From Anthoceros angustus (taxonomy: Eukaryota; Plantae; Anthocerotophyta): a stretch of 39,585 nt of DNA. The notes under the pieces are model-generated. The model was not told where the DNA came from. It ran no database searches and saw only the letters and a program-made list of their open reading frames with translations. Below, piece by piece: positions 1-11,202 of this stretch (within the stretch, counting starts at the first letter, position 1; every line of letters begins with the position of its first letter). A program made the translations under genes and the position numbers. Location: assembly GCA_010909165.1 (NCBI GenBank), contig VJWM01000361.1:1-39585 (forward strand), written 5' to 3'.

Positions 1-675
1 GAGGTGACAACAAGGAAGGACGACGACTTGCGTGAGTTTCTCTTTGAGAACATTATAACGAGGTATGGATGTCCTTTGGAGTTGGTCGGTGGCGGAGACT
101 CATTTCCTCAACTCAAGAATGGTGAGACTCTCACCACCTACTTCAACATTCATCGAAGACAACTCCTTACAATCCCAAAGCGAATGGTTTGATTTGAGAA
201 AACGATGTGTTGTCACAGTACAATCTTTACCAAGGTAAGCTGTGACTACATGTATGATTGGGACACTAAGCTTACATTCAAAGGCTATGGGCTTACAGAG
301 ACAGAGAAGGTGACAACCAAGAAGACCCCTTATTATTTAACATATGGCATGTCTCTGTGATGCTAGTAGAATTTGAAGTACCACCTATAGAATCATGGAG
401 ATGAGCACGATGACGGTAGAGGATAGTCGGTGGCTAGATTAGAATCTTCATAGAGCAGAGGAACGCAGGGAAGATGCTTAAGAAGAAACTCAGCGAATTC
501 AGGAGCTTAGAAAGGATAGGCATGATGGGAAGTTGAGGAAGCAAGAAGCTATCATGGCCGGGGATTTGGTTCTTCTATATGATAGCCGTTATATGGACTT
601 CCCAGGGAAGCTTAGATTGAGATGGATGGGACCTTATGAGGTGGTGGCAGTGTATGAGAATGGATCCGTGCAACT
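1..675 (+). pseudogene. pol: Ty3/gypsy element C: integrase core to C-terminal part (frameshifted fragment, starts before the window)
   Basis: Translates to FLFENIITRYGCPLEL and later DSRYMDFPGKLRLRWMGPYEVVAVYENGSVQ (GPY/F motif). Homologous to the A/B integrase (FLYENIITRYGCPLQLVSDRG). Cut at 675 by the copia LTR. Confidence 0.85.
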
Positions 676-953
676 TGATGAAATATGACCTATTTAGGGC
701 ACTCTTCACTAGGGCACTTAAGGCTATTAATTAATTTAGTTCTTAGGGCTTTAGGTAGTTTAATGAGAAGAAGTTATTTACAACCACTTAGAGGTTAGAA
801 CTACTTATGGTTATAACCACCTTATGGTTATAACCACCAGCCTATATAAAGGCTTTGTACTTTCTATTATAATCAATGCATACGACTTTGTGCAAAGCTT
901 TCTACTCTGCTTGCTATGTTTTGCTACACCTAGAGCGCCTATGATTCTCATCA
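676..953 (+). repeat. Copia 5' LTR
   Basis: Begins TGATGAAATATGACC, ends ATTCTCATCA, with a TATATAAA at 843-850. Matches 7602-7882 with roughly 15-20 differences counted by eye. Confidence 0.93.
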
Positions 954-963
954 TGGTATCAGC
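954..963 (+). promoter_or_regulatory. Primer-binding site, initiator Met-tRNA type
   Basis: TGGTATCAGC immediately follows the LTR-terminal CA. The canonical plant copia PBS is TGGTATCAGAGC. Confidence 0.85.
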
Positions 964-1639
964 ATTGCTCTCTATTTGCATTGGACAACTTGACATCGAT
1001 TCACTCTTCTTCTTCATCTTCTTCTTCATTTCTTTTAGAAGATGCATAGATTCTTTAGATTGCATGTCATAGATTGTCACATAGTTTGCCTTCCTTAATC
1101 TTCAATAATGCACACACAAGGCATCCAATCCTTGCTTCAATGCGATGGGTTCAATCCTCGCAAGCAAGGCTATTGGAAGAAGATTAAGGCGCAAGACAAG
1201 AGATAGAATATGGGAATGCAAAGATTAGAATTGCTAGGAAGTCTAGTAAGATGAGAGATTCCATACTTATTGCTAACTTCATTGGCTCTATTCTAATCAA
1301 AGTAGAAGATCAAGGAGGCGGAGATAGAAATTGCTAGAAGAAACTTGCTTACTATCTTTAGTTTAAGTCAAGTGAAAGCAATTCAACTCGCTCTTGATCA
1401 TATCCCAAATCTACAAGCGGTCCTCTTCCTCCGCTCCAATGCAGTTTACAACAACACAAGCAAGAAACTTCCCGATTAAATAAAGACTCTCGCCAGAGAA
1501 CCATAATCAACACACCCTACGCAACAAGCATAGAGGAGTTAGCAAGAGAAAAAGGTTTCTTCTTGTTTTGCTCCTTGCTGATATTTCCTGCATGATGATG
1601 AGGAAATGCGAGGCGCCCGCTCTCTAAGCCGCAATAGTG

Positions 1640-4600
1640 ACCACACCGCAATGGCTGGTTCACGTGACGATCGAGAGGAGGCGGGGATCCACCCAAAGAT
1701 GAAGTACGACCTTGGTGGTGAATCACAACTATGGTGATGCTTAAGGAAAGGACAGATTCAATGGGCGGGCTTTGGCGCTGCCGCGCACGCACTTTTCCGC
1801 AATCGAACCTATGGACGCTATGGGTCCACACCAAACCACGTGGGGCTCGAGAGCAAAGAAACCGGGGCGCCGAGGATGAAAAAGCTCAAGACCTCATCGA
1901 TGGACTAGCCCTTAATATGGTAAGACAATGCGGTCAAGCAAAAACTTCTAACAGATGTGGGATCACCTTGCTCGATTATATTCTTCAAGAGATGTGATGA
2001 GTATGATGACCGCGATCATAACTGTCAATCAAGATGAAGGAATCGACTCGTCAACACCATATCAACACTTTCAACAAGCGATCTCAATATGAAGTCGCCA
2101 CCAACACCTCTGCCTCTCGAACTTGTTGCATTCCTTGTTCTCTTGATTTCCTCCCACCCTCCCATGGACCATTTCTCACCACCGCATCAGTGGTTAAGCC
2201 CAAAAGAATTGCGGTTTCGATGCGTGCAGACCTCGACATCGATGTCGCAGTAACTCATCAGCCATGATTCGAGAGGAGTCCAACATGAGCCAGTCGACCC
2301 GTCCGGCCGGGTGATGTACTGTTGGAAGAGGCAGAGGAAGAGGGCAAAAGTTCCCTTCCAATAGAACCTTATTCCACACCAAACAAATATCATGGCCGAA
2401 TCCAACTCTTCCACCTTCCGAGAGGTACCAAAAAGAGTGGAATTATTTGTAATTGGTGCGTAATACTAATCACATGGAAAAGGACGTAGAAAGAAGAAGA
2501 ATGGGAACCTAGATCCGAGGCCCGCATGTTGCTTGTAGAAACACTCTTCATCAACAACACGTGTGCTCACTATTTGCCTTGCATCCTCTAAGCACGCAAC
2601 GCTATTGGTACACGGACGATTGGAGCAACATCACATATATCGCTACAACAAAGACTCCTTTGAGTCATATACCTGACCACAAAGCCATCCGACTGTTCTC
2701 CGGCGATGATCACAACCTTCCATAGCGGGACTAGGTTACATTGTACTCGATGTGATTCGGTCGACTCTTCATCTTCACCAAGTCCTCCATGTTCTGCCAT
2801 GTGCAAAACCTAGTGTCACGCTAGTCTTTGCAAAGAACATACCATGCGTCCTTTTATATGCCGATAGTTGTTCCTTTCCTACCTCAAGAATAGAACACAC
2901 ACTTGACCGGCATCTTAGAAGATGGACTCTATAGATTGTCACCAAAGTAGGAGCCACACATTCCTCAATGTAGCCTCCCAACATTACGCACAACACACAC
3001 GATGCTCGGCATTGTAGATTAGGTCACCCTAATAGTCGGGGTTACTCCAAATGTCTAGAGACAACCTCAGACGAATACACCCTGCTCTCCAAGGTTCACT
3101 TAGATTGGTGCAAACGTGTCCTCACAAACGTCACAGAACCTTTCAAAATCCATCTCCTCAAGGGCCAAGTCACCTTTAGAGATAGTACAGAGCATTTGTG
3201 GACCCTCTCTACACCCTCCTTCAAGGTAGTAGATACTTCTTAATCACCGACGATTATTCCCGTTTGCTCTCCTACATCCTCACACAAAGAGTGAAACTTA
3301 TCGCTTTTTCAAGGATTACATGGCATGGCGGAAAACTACCAGATCACAAACTCAAGACCTTACGTTCAAAACGGTGGAGAGTTTATATCTCATAGATTTG
3401 CTGAATTTTGTCGAATCAAGGCGAGGCTCAACAATTAAGTGTAGTATACACCTCAAAGAAAATGGCGTGAAAATAAGAATCTCCGCCTCCAAGAGATTAC
3501 AGGTTACTGTTAACACAAGCTAACTTATCCAAAGCTTATTGGGCCGAGGCCCTCCTTACAACCTATCTCATGAATCGCCGACTTCCTCGTTCAAGGTATG
3601 ACTCCATATGAAGCATTCACGGCAACAAGCCTTCCATAGATCACCTTGATTTTGGCTCTCCCGCATATGTCTTTATCCCTAAAGTACAACGCAAGAAGTT
3701 AGATCCAAAAGCTGCCAAATATCTATTTGGCTACACACCATCAAAGGTTACAAGCTATTTGAACCCACAACACTAAGCTTATATATGCGAGTGTTACTTT
3801 TCATGAGTCTTACCTCTTTTCCCAGCAGTGGGGCTGGTACATCCGAGACGTCTCTTCAAGAGCCCTCGATACCTCCTCATTTGATGATCGATTATATCAC
3901 TCAATTTCAATTCACGCTCTACGTGTTCCGTAGTTGAACCTCTCAGGAGGAGGAGGAGTTAGCATCTATTCCACACGATGGCGACAACATTCAAGTCGAG
4001 GAGCCAGAGACACTCTTTATGAAGAGCATGATGACCCTCCTGAATGACATGGAGCACCATGATCCTATTGATGTTCCCTGCCCAAAGTGGAAGATGCACC
4101 GGAACCTACACAAAGGTACAACTTAAGAACCCGCCCCGCAATCTGGACCAGGATGGAAGGAACCTCCTTTAGGATATCTAGCTGTTTTGATGATCCTCTT
4201 CCCCTGTCACTTTACTCACAAGGCATATACAAGGCAACCATAGATCCGTAAGAACCTCTTACCTTAAAACAAGCTTTCTCTTCTCAAAAAACCTTATGGA
4301 AGGTAGGTAGATTAAGATATAACTCTCTCATTAGTAACTCTACATGGGAATTGGTTAAGCCACCTAAGGGTAGGAAGATAGTCAGCAAATGGGTATTCAA
4401 AATTAAGAGAAAAGGAGATGGTTCCATTGAGAGATACAAAGCACGCCTTGTGGCGATTCACCCGAGACCGGGTTTAGATTACCTCCCATGGCCACATTCG
4501 CCCAAAGAGCAAGTTTGCTTCCCTTAGAATAATCTTCGCTAATGTGACCATCATGATCTTGAGCTCCATATGATGGATGTGAAGACAAGATATCTCTATG

Positions 4601-5743
4601 GCCGTCTTCAAGAAGAAATCTACATGAAACAGCTCAAGGTTATGAGGTTAAAGGCAAGGAAGATTGGGTATGCAGACTAATTAAAGGCTTGTATGGCCTT
4701 AAACTGCGTAAAAATTGGAATATGGACATACATGTGAAACTCATCAAAGAGGCTTCCGCAAAGTGATGCATGCATGTATATCCTAATATCGCAATGATAC
4801 CTTTTACTTATTGCTCTCATTTGTCGACGTATTCATGGCCACAAACTCTCTTACTCTCCTAGCCGAGATCAAAAGGCGGCTCAAGACTTTTATGAAATGT
4901 CCGATTTAGGAGAAATGACATATGCACTTGGTGTCAACATTATTAGAGATCGAGCAAACAAGACTCGAGTATTGTTCAAACCAAGTACATTAAAGAAAGT
5001 TTAACCAAGTTTGGACTTGAAGATGCGAAACCCTACACCTTTGCTAGCGGTCGGGCTTACCATGGATATGAGTCCAAAGACAAGACAAGATAAGTTGGAA
5101 ATGTCAACTCCCATATCGACATCTTTGTTGGCACACTTATATATTTATCCAACTTCACACGACCGGATATATCTTCAAGTCGGCTCATTCAATTCGAGAA
5201 CCACAGGCGTGAACACCGGATGTCAACTAATATTCGATACCTCAAGGGTACCATGCACAGGATTGACATTCAAGTATACACCGAGCATAAAGACGTTGAC
5301 ATTAACGATTACCGCCGACTATGCTGGTGACCACTGGGCAGATCCCGTGTAATTACGTCTTTGCCATTGGGGAGCACCGATATCCTGGTCAAGTAAGAAA
5401 CAACCAACCATAGCCTTGTCCAAGACCGAGTGAGTATAGAGTACAACCCTCACTAAAGACATAGTATGGACTAGGCTAACCTTGAGTGAACTTCATCACA
5501 AGCGGAAAAGCCCACCTTGTTGTTGAGTGTTGATGAGCTATAGCCTTGTCAAGGAACCTCTTCCACTCTAGAACTAAACATATTGTCATTAATATCGTAG
5601 AGAAAATAGAGGATAAAACTATAGATATTAGTTATGTTCAAACTTTAGATAATAAATTTATTAACAAAGTCACTAGGCATTGGCATAGGAAACATATGAA
5701 ATGTTTAGGTATATTGGACACATTGTCTAAGCCTCCACTATAG
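1640..5743 (+). pseudogene. gag-pol: Copia gag-pol (gag, CCHC knuckle, protease, integrase, RT, RNase H), heavily frameshifted
   Basis: Knuckle CNWC-x-NTNH-MEKD-(C) at 2448-2487; protease WYTD-GATSHI from 2606; RLGHP ~3017; YFLI-TDDYSR ~3233; KLKTLRS-NGGEF ~3350; WELVKPPKGRK...KWVFKIK...IERYKARLVA 4345-4455; MDVKT..LYGRLQEEIYMKQ ~4575; DYAGD 5317; FHSRTKHI ~5560. The start coordinate is approximate. Confidence 0.88.
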
Positions 5744-7589
5744 TTCATCCTAGCCTAAATTGGTCTACTTAAGATAACCTTAGTAATCCAATATTCTATT
5801 CTAAGTCTTGAACAATCATCCTCAATCTTAACATAGGCCATTGGCATCCTCTCCTTCATACATAGTTGAGGTGCTCTCTAGAAAATAATATTAAAATATT
5901 AAATAATATTTTGCTAATTAAAACTTTTCATATTCTCTTAACATCAAGAATACTCACGATAGACATGGATCATATGCCCGGAAATTCTTCACAACAAAGT
6001 ATACATAACCCGTATCATATGTATCTTAGTTTCACGGCAAACATAGGAGCATGGAGTGCGTCAGCCGATTCCTTCATATTAGTGATTATATAGATGAGCT
6101 TCACATCATCACCCTTGGGATATATGCCGGTTTCGAGAATCCTATGTTTCCTATTCTATGTTTTTCTTGAGGTAAAAGAAACCTAAAATGGGCAAGATTT
6201 TAGCAAGAGAAAATAAGTTAGAACACCTTTTAGAGTCACAAAAGCATGTCTACCTTTTCATTTTTCTCATTTTCTTCATTTTCCATTTCATTTTCCTTTT
6301 TCCCATAATTTTCCATACATAAATCTGCGAAAATAGTATCAGAAAATTCATCACAATTAATATTTTTGAAACTGGAAAATGGTCATTTGAAGATGCCCAC
6401 AAACGGGCTTACAACTAGGTGCCTCTCCTCATGACAAAGGGGGCATCACTGCCTCCTCAACACTGACAAGGGGGAATGCCTTGCTATACCATGTCGCTAT
6501 CTTACTTGAGATTTCAGCCTCCCTTCACAGAAGGGAAGTCCTTCAATGAAGATTCTTCCGAGGCACTTGTATCGATAAGAGAACAATCTCGCGATTTCTT
6601 CCTCACAGCTTTAGAAATCTTCCTCGACGATCTCTCACACACGATTGTGATGGCGACATGCCGCAGCTTGGAGCAAAGTGTTGGCTTGGGATTAGCGTAG
6701 CACTTTTGAGACATTGAGACAAGACATGCGAAGATCTTTCTTTAATCTCCGGCTTGGGTGAGACACTCCCGCATATGGCAGCACTCACACATCAATCGCG
6801 ATCTTCAAGACTGCAGGAACAAATTCCACCTCTCCCGGTGACTTCAACCTCTACACGAGCTCCTTCATCCATCCCACGGAAAACGTGGTGGGCTCTCCAC
6901 AAAGGTTGGAATCCATTTAGATGCGGTGGAGGATCACTGTGGTGCACGAGTGGGGCGCCCCGCCCCTCGGCGGTCCCTTCCGTGGCTGCACCCCTCTTCT
7001 TTCTTTTTCCATCAGCTGCGGGTTGGCACACACCTACTTGCGTAATCGGCACCACGCAGTGATCCAGCACATGGGCGGAGGAGCGCGCCGACCCGCCCGG
7101 TGGCCCCGCGCTCCCGGGCGCCTGCACCCCACCAGTTTTTGTCCGGCGCAAACAAGTTCTTTGTGTTTCATGAGCGGGAGGAGGCGGGAGGCGGGAGGCG
7201 GGAGGCGAGGAGGAGGAATAAAACCGTATGAGGAGGGTACATAATGCCCCCATGGGCATACGGACGGCCATCATATGGCCCGGGCCGTTGCTCATTAAAT
7301 AAACCTTTTCACCTTTTTTTACCCCTTTTAAGTTTTTGTTTAACTTTTACCTATGGTTTCTACTAAGATTAACCTAGTTTAAGTTTTACTTTTATCTTTT
7401 TACCTTGTTTAGGAATTTACCATTTCCTAATTAAGTTTTTGGTAATTAATTTTGATTACATTAAATTCTGCTTAAATGTAACTTAAGCCAGTTTTAATTG
7501 TTTTCTTAGTTAGCGGATAGCTTTCAAGTTAGTGGGAGCTAACTAGCCTTTTAGTCTCATTTGAAGCTATTTCTTCACACCTAGTTCAT

Positions 7590-7601
7590 AGTGAGTGGGA
7601 G
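7590..7601 (+). promoter_or_regulatory. Copia polypurine tract
   Basis: AGTGAGTGGGAG directly abuts the TG of the 3' LTR. Confidence 0.75.
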
Positions 7602-7882
7602 TGATGAAATATGACCTATTTAGGGCACTCTTCACTAGGGCACCTAAGGCTATTAATTAATTTAGTTCTTAGGGCTTTAGGTAGTTTAATGAGTAGTTAG
7701 TTGTTACAACCACTTAGAGGTTAGAACTACTTATGGTTACAACCACCTTATGGTTATAACCACCTAGCCTATATAAAGGCTTTGTACTTTCTATTATAAT
7801 CAATGCATACAACTTTTTGTGCAAAGCTTTCTACTATCCCTTGCTATGTTTTGCTACACCTAGGCGGCTATGATTCTCATCA
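7602..7882 (+). repeat. Copia 3' LTR
   Basis: Direct repeat of 676-953 with TG...CA ends. Confidence 0.93.
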
Positions 7883-8021
7883 CAACCGTGTCTTTGGATG
7901 GGATTGGCCAACTAGAGTGAATGGGTGGAAGGTTAAGAAGTACCTTCAGAGAGATGTTCTTGAGGACGCAAACAGTGAGGAGGGAGTATGTGGAACGCAA
8001 AAGTTTGGGCAACTAGCTTAA
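7883..8021 (+). pseudogene. pol: Gypsy C integrase C-terminus, continuing after the copia insertion
   Basis: (V)SLDG..WPTRVNGWKVKKYL matches copy B LDGEVLPTRVNGWRVKKYHA* (31520-31583). Confidence 0.8.
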
Positions 8022-8204
8022 ATGAGTTCGTTTTGAAGGCACTCTTTGCTAGAAATGGTTTGGTGAAGACATGCAAGGAAATTTTTGCTCCTTTTGAGCG
8101 GGAGTTGTAGGACCATGTCGGGAAGGCAGAGGATATGCAGGAAAAGAAACGGGTCAAAACGACCTGGTGAGGAGAAAAGGTAACCTACATGAGTGGTAGG
8201 AGGT

Positions 8205-8425
8205 GTCCTACCACCGTGAAACTCCTACCATGGTAGACGAGGGTAGGAGAGATCCTACCACCGTGGGAGAATGACCACTGCTAATGTTTTGATCACCTAC
8301 CAGGGAATAGCTCCTACCATGGTAGGAGAGGGTAGGAAGGTATCCTACCGTGGAGTAACTCCTACCGTGGTAGGAGAAAGGGAAAACGCCTACCATGGTA
8401 GGAGGATGTCCTACCACCGTAGGAG
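8205..8425. repeat. Cluster of short palindromic CCTACC(A/G)(T/C)GGTAGG motifs
   Basis: Perfect 18-bp palindrome CTCCTACCATGGTAGGAG at 8311-8328, with imperfect copies near 8223, 8360 and 8389 plus several half-sites. Confidence 0.8.
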
Positions 8426-8821
8426 ATAGGTTCTAAGGAAGGTAGCTTATGTTTTAGGCGGATAGGCTTGCTATATATAGAGTCTTTTAGTGGACTAGAT
8501 AAATAGGCCAAAATAGGTAATTAAGAAATTAGAGGCTAATTTTCAGTAATTAGAAATTAGAAAAATAGGGAAATTGGTATTTTAGTATAAGGAAATTAGG
8601 AAACTAACATCAATGGTGAGAAAGGGGCCACGTGGCACACATCCAAGGGCAGGATAGAATGGTAGTTACTTTTCTAACCCTTGGGTGACTTATAAAAGTG
8701 GTGCAGTGGAGGCCACAACTCGAAACTTGAGGAGGCGGCCTCACGGCAGGCCCACACCTCAAGCTTCCAAGGCCCCATACAACGCCGTACACACGCCCGT
8801 GTTGAGGAGGAGGAGAGCAAG

Positions 8822-9366
8822 GGCAAGGAGGCGAAATCCAGCGCCCAAGAGAGGAAGAAGGAGGAAAAGAGGAAGAAGGAGGAAAAGAGGAAGAGAAGGG
8901 AGAAGAAGGTTGGGCGCAACCCAACACTTGCCAAGCTCGTGAGGGTGCCTAGGAGGGTGGAGCGTGGCAAGATTGCTAGGAAACCGTGCAGAAGGCGCCC
9001 AAGAGAGCAAGGGCAAGGAGGCCACAACTCGAAACTTGAGGAGGAGGAGAAAAGGTAACCTACATGAGTGGTAGGAGAAAGCGTTTGCAAGGAGAAAGGG
9101 GCCACGTGGCACACATCCAAGGGCAAGGACCTTTGAGCTGTGAGCAAGAGCAAATCGAGGAGGAGAGCAAGGGCAAGGAGGTAGTAGCCAAGGAAGGAGA
9201 AGGAGGCGCAAGCTCGGCAAGGAGGCGAAATCCGCGCGCCCAAGAGAGGAAGAAGGAGGAAAAGAGGAAGAGAAGGGAGAAGAAGGTTGGGCGCAACACT
9301 TGCCAAGCTCGTGAGGGTGCCTAGGAGGGTGGAGCGTGGCAAGATTGCTAGGAAACCGTGCAGAAG
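8822..9366 (+). repeat. Direct duplication (~8822-8995 and ~9216-9366) separated by a ~220 bp patchwork of locally copied fragments
   Basis: Both blocks share GGCAAGGAGGCGAAATCC...GAGAAGAAGGTTGGGCGCAAC...GGAAACCGTGCAGAAGG. The intervening pieces each match nearby sequence. Confidence 0.85.
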
Positions 9367-9614
9367 GGCTCCTAAATTGCTGGCGGTGTAAGAGTCCGTG
9401 GGGAATTTTGTGAGCTTTCTCTTGCAGGAGAAATCGGGTCTGGGACGCCAAGGTGTAAGGACTGCAGGAGGAGAGCAAGGGCAAGGACCTTTGAGCTGTG
9501 AGCAAGAGCAAATCGAGGAGGAGAAAGCGTTTGCAAGGATAAGGCTGGCGGTCTGCGAGGTGCAGGAGAGGCATCACTTTTCTTCAATTTCGTGCAAGTA
9601 CTAACCAAGGAGGC

Positions 9615-11202
9615 CATGACCAAGCCATGACCAAGCCTACCATGACCAAGGGCAAGGAGGTAGTAGCTAAGGAAGGAGCGTCCACCAAGGAGGTGGCGCA
9701 GGAGGCAAGAGGTCTAAGGCGGGAGGATCGAGACCGGAGGGTGGAAATTTGACATGCCCTTATTTACGTGCTATGCAGGCCAGCTATCCTCTAGAGACCT
9801 TTCGGACTTTCGACCTTGGGCAGCAGAGGAGAATATTCAGCTAGAGTGGGTGTATGGGCGACATTGGTCTTACACCAACCTTGAATTGATAGAGGAGGCG
9901 GAAGAGGAATTGGCCGCCTTAGGATAGAAACGCACGGACGGATCCACGGTGTTGGATTGTAAGGAGCATACGCTGTATATGGCGGTAGGATAGTGAGGAT
10001 AGCGGAATCACGTTGATGGAAGGAACGAGTGGAGGCAAGCGTGCATCAACGGCGGATCTTCCCAAGGAGCCCTTACACTTATGCAAGGGGCATGAAGGCT
10101 AAGTCTAAGAACGGTTGGCGACGGACCAAATCTTGGAGCCCAAGTGGAGATTGTTCACAAGAATTGTTTTGGGCTTGGTGAGCAATCCAAGGGTGTCATA
10201 TTTCAGCACTACCTTCCTCCATTTTCTATGGAAGATCACTCAAGGAGCGGATTGGGGGCTCATCATGTATGAAGCATACACCTACCACCGGAAAAGTTCG
10301 AAACCCAACGCGTCGGATGAAGGCAGGTCAAGGCCATGCTATCTTAGCACTTATCTAGTGCATTTGTGGGAAGTAGAGGGCTACTCACAAGTAAGGAGTT
10401 GGATGATTCCAAGCATCCCTTTAACATTGTGTACTTACAGCCGAGAGGGACAGGAGTGCTTGGTGCTTTGCTAAAGGAGGTGCCCGGCACCACAGGACAT
10501 TATTGCTGGAAGGAATCCCTCCGAAAGATAGGCCAGAGGATGTGCAGGAGGACTTGCAAGGAGAAGTTGTAGGGGGATTTGAAGTTTGGACCGCGGAGGA
10601 TGCGGAGATGGAAGGTAGGATAGATCCTACCATGGCAGGAATCCCGCCTGCGAGGGTGGGAGGTGTTCCCACAGTGGTTTGGGACCCCTTTCGTCCTCTC
10701 ATGACAAGGCCTACAGTGGCAGGAATTAGTCCTACCACGGTAGGAAGTAGTCCTACGGTGGTAGGAGCACCTCCTACCACGGTAGGAGGGAAAGGAAGTC
10801 ACGGTTTGGAAGCTCCCAAGGGAGATAAGAAGGCAACCGCCCTGCTAGGTGGGCGAGCGGATGGAGTCACGGTGGGAGGAGTTGCCCACCAAGTGATGAG
10901 CGGGAGCTCATCATAGGGAAGCAAGGGATGTAAGATCCCATGAGCAAGGCAAAGGCCTTGAGTCTCCCGGAGGTAAGAAGGAGACTTGGACATGTTGGAG
11001 GAGATGCTGCGCATAGGGAGATGTTCAGCAAGGTAGACATAGGAGCCGCCAAGAGGAGAGTTGAATTCTTGAAGACGGAGGCGGAGAAGACAAGGACCTA
11101 CCAAGCAAGGGAAATTGCGGTGGCGGCGGAAACCAGTGGGAGGATGTTATGAGGATGGAAGCTCAAGTGGAGCACTTGGAGAAGAGTCTTGTGGCGTGGC
11201 TT
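9615..11202 (+). pseudogene. Accessory (extra, 3') ORF of gypsy C, frameshifted and truncated by element A
   Basis: Protein-like pieces in sense orientation downstream of pol: MTKGKEVVAKE, FDMPLFTCY, PKWRLFTRIVLGLVSNPRVSYFSTTFLHFLWKITQGADWGLIMYEAY, RPCYLSTYLVHLWEVEGY, PTxVG repeats, and coiled-coil-like KRRVEFLKTEAEKTR. No recognisable enzyme motif. Confidence 0.55.

Larger units (their letters stand above)
676..7882 (+). mobile_element. Full-length but degenerate Ty1/copia LTR retrotransposon inserted into gypsy C integrase
   Basis: Two ~280 bp direct LTRs (TGATGA...TCATCA), PBS TGGTATCAG, PPT, domain order gag-PR-IN-RT-RH, and a 5-bp TSD CAACT (671-675) / CAACC (7883-7887). Host integrase resumes after 7882. 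Confidence 0.93.

Noticed and set aside
2465-2515. Chromodomain-like reading LITWK...EEEWEP inside the copia element
   Set aside because: The same bases in another frame give the expected gag CCHC knuckle (CNWC..TNH.EKD.RKKK) at the expected position before the protease.
8610-9577. Long minus-strand ORFs (222 aa, 272 aa)
   Set aside because: They are Leu/Pro/Ser-rich shadows of purine-rich duplicated DNA with no domain signal.
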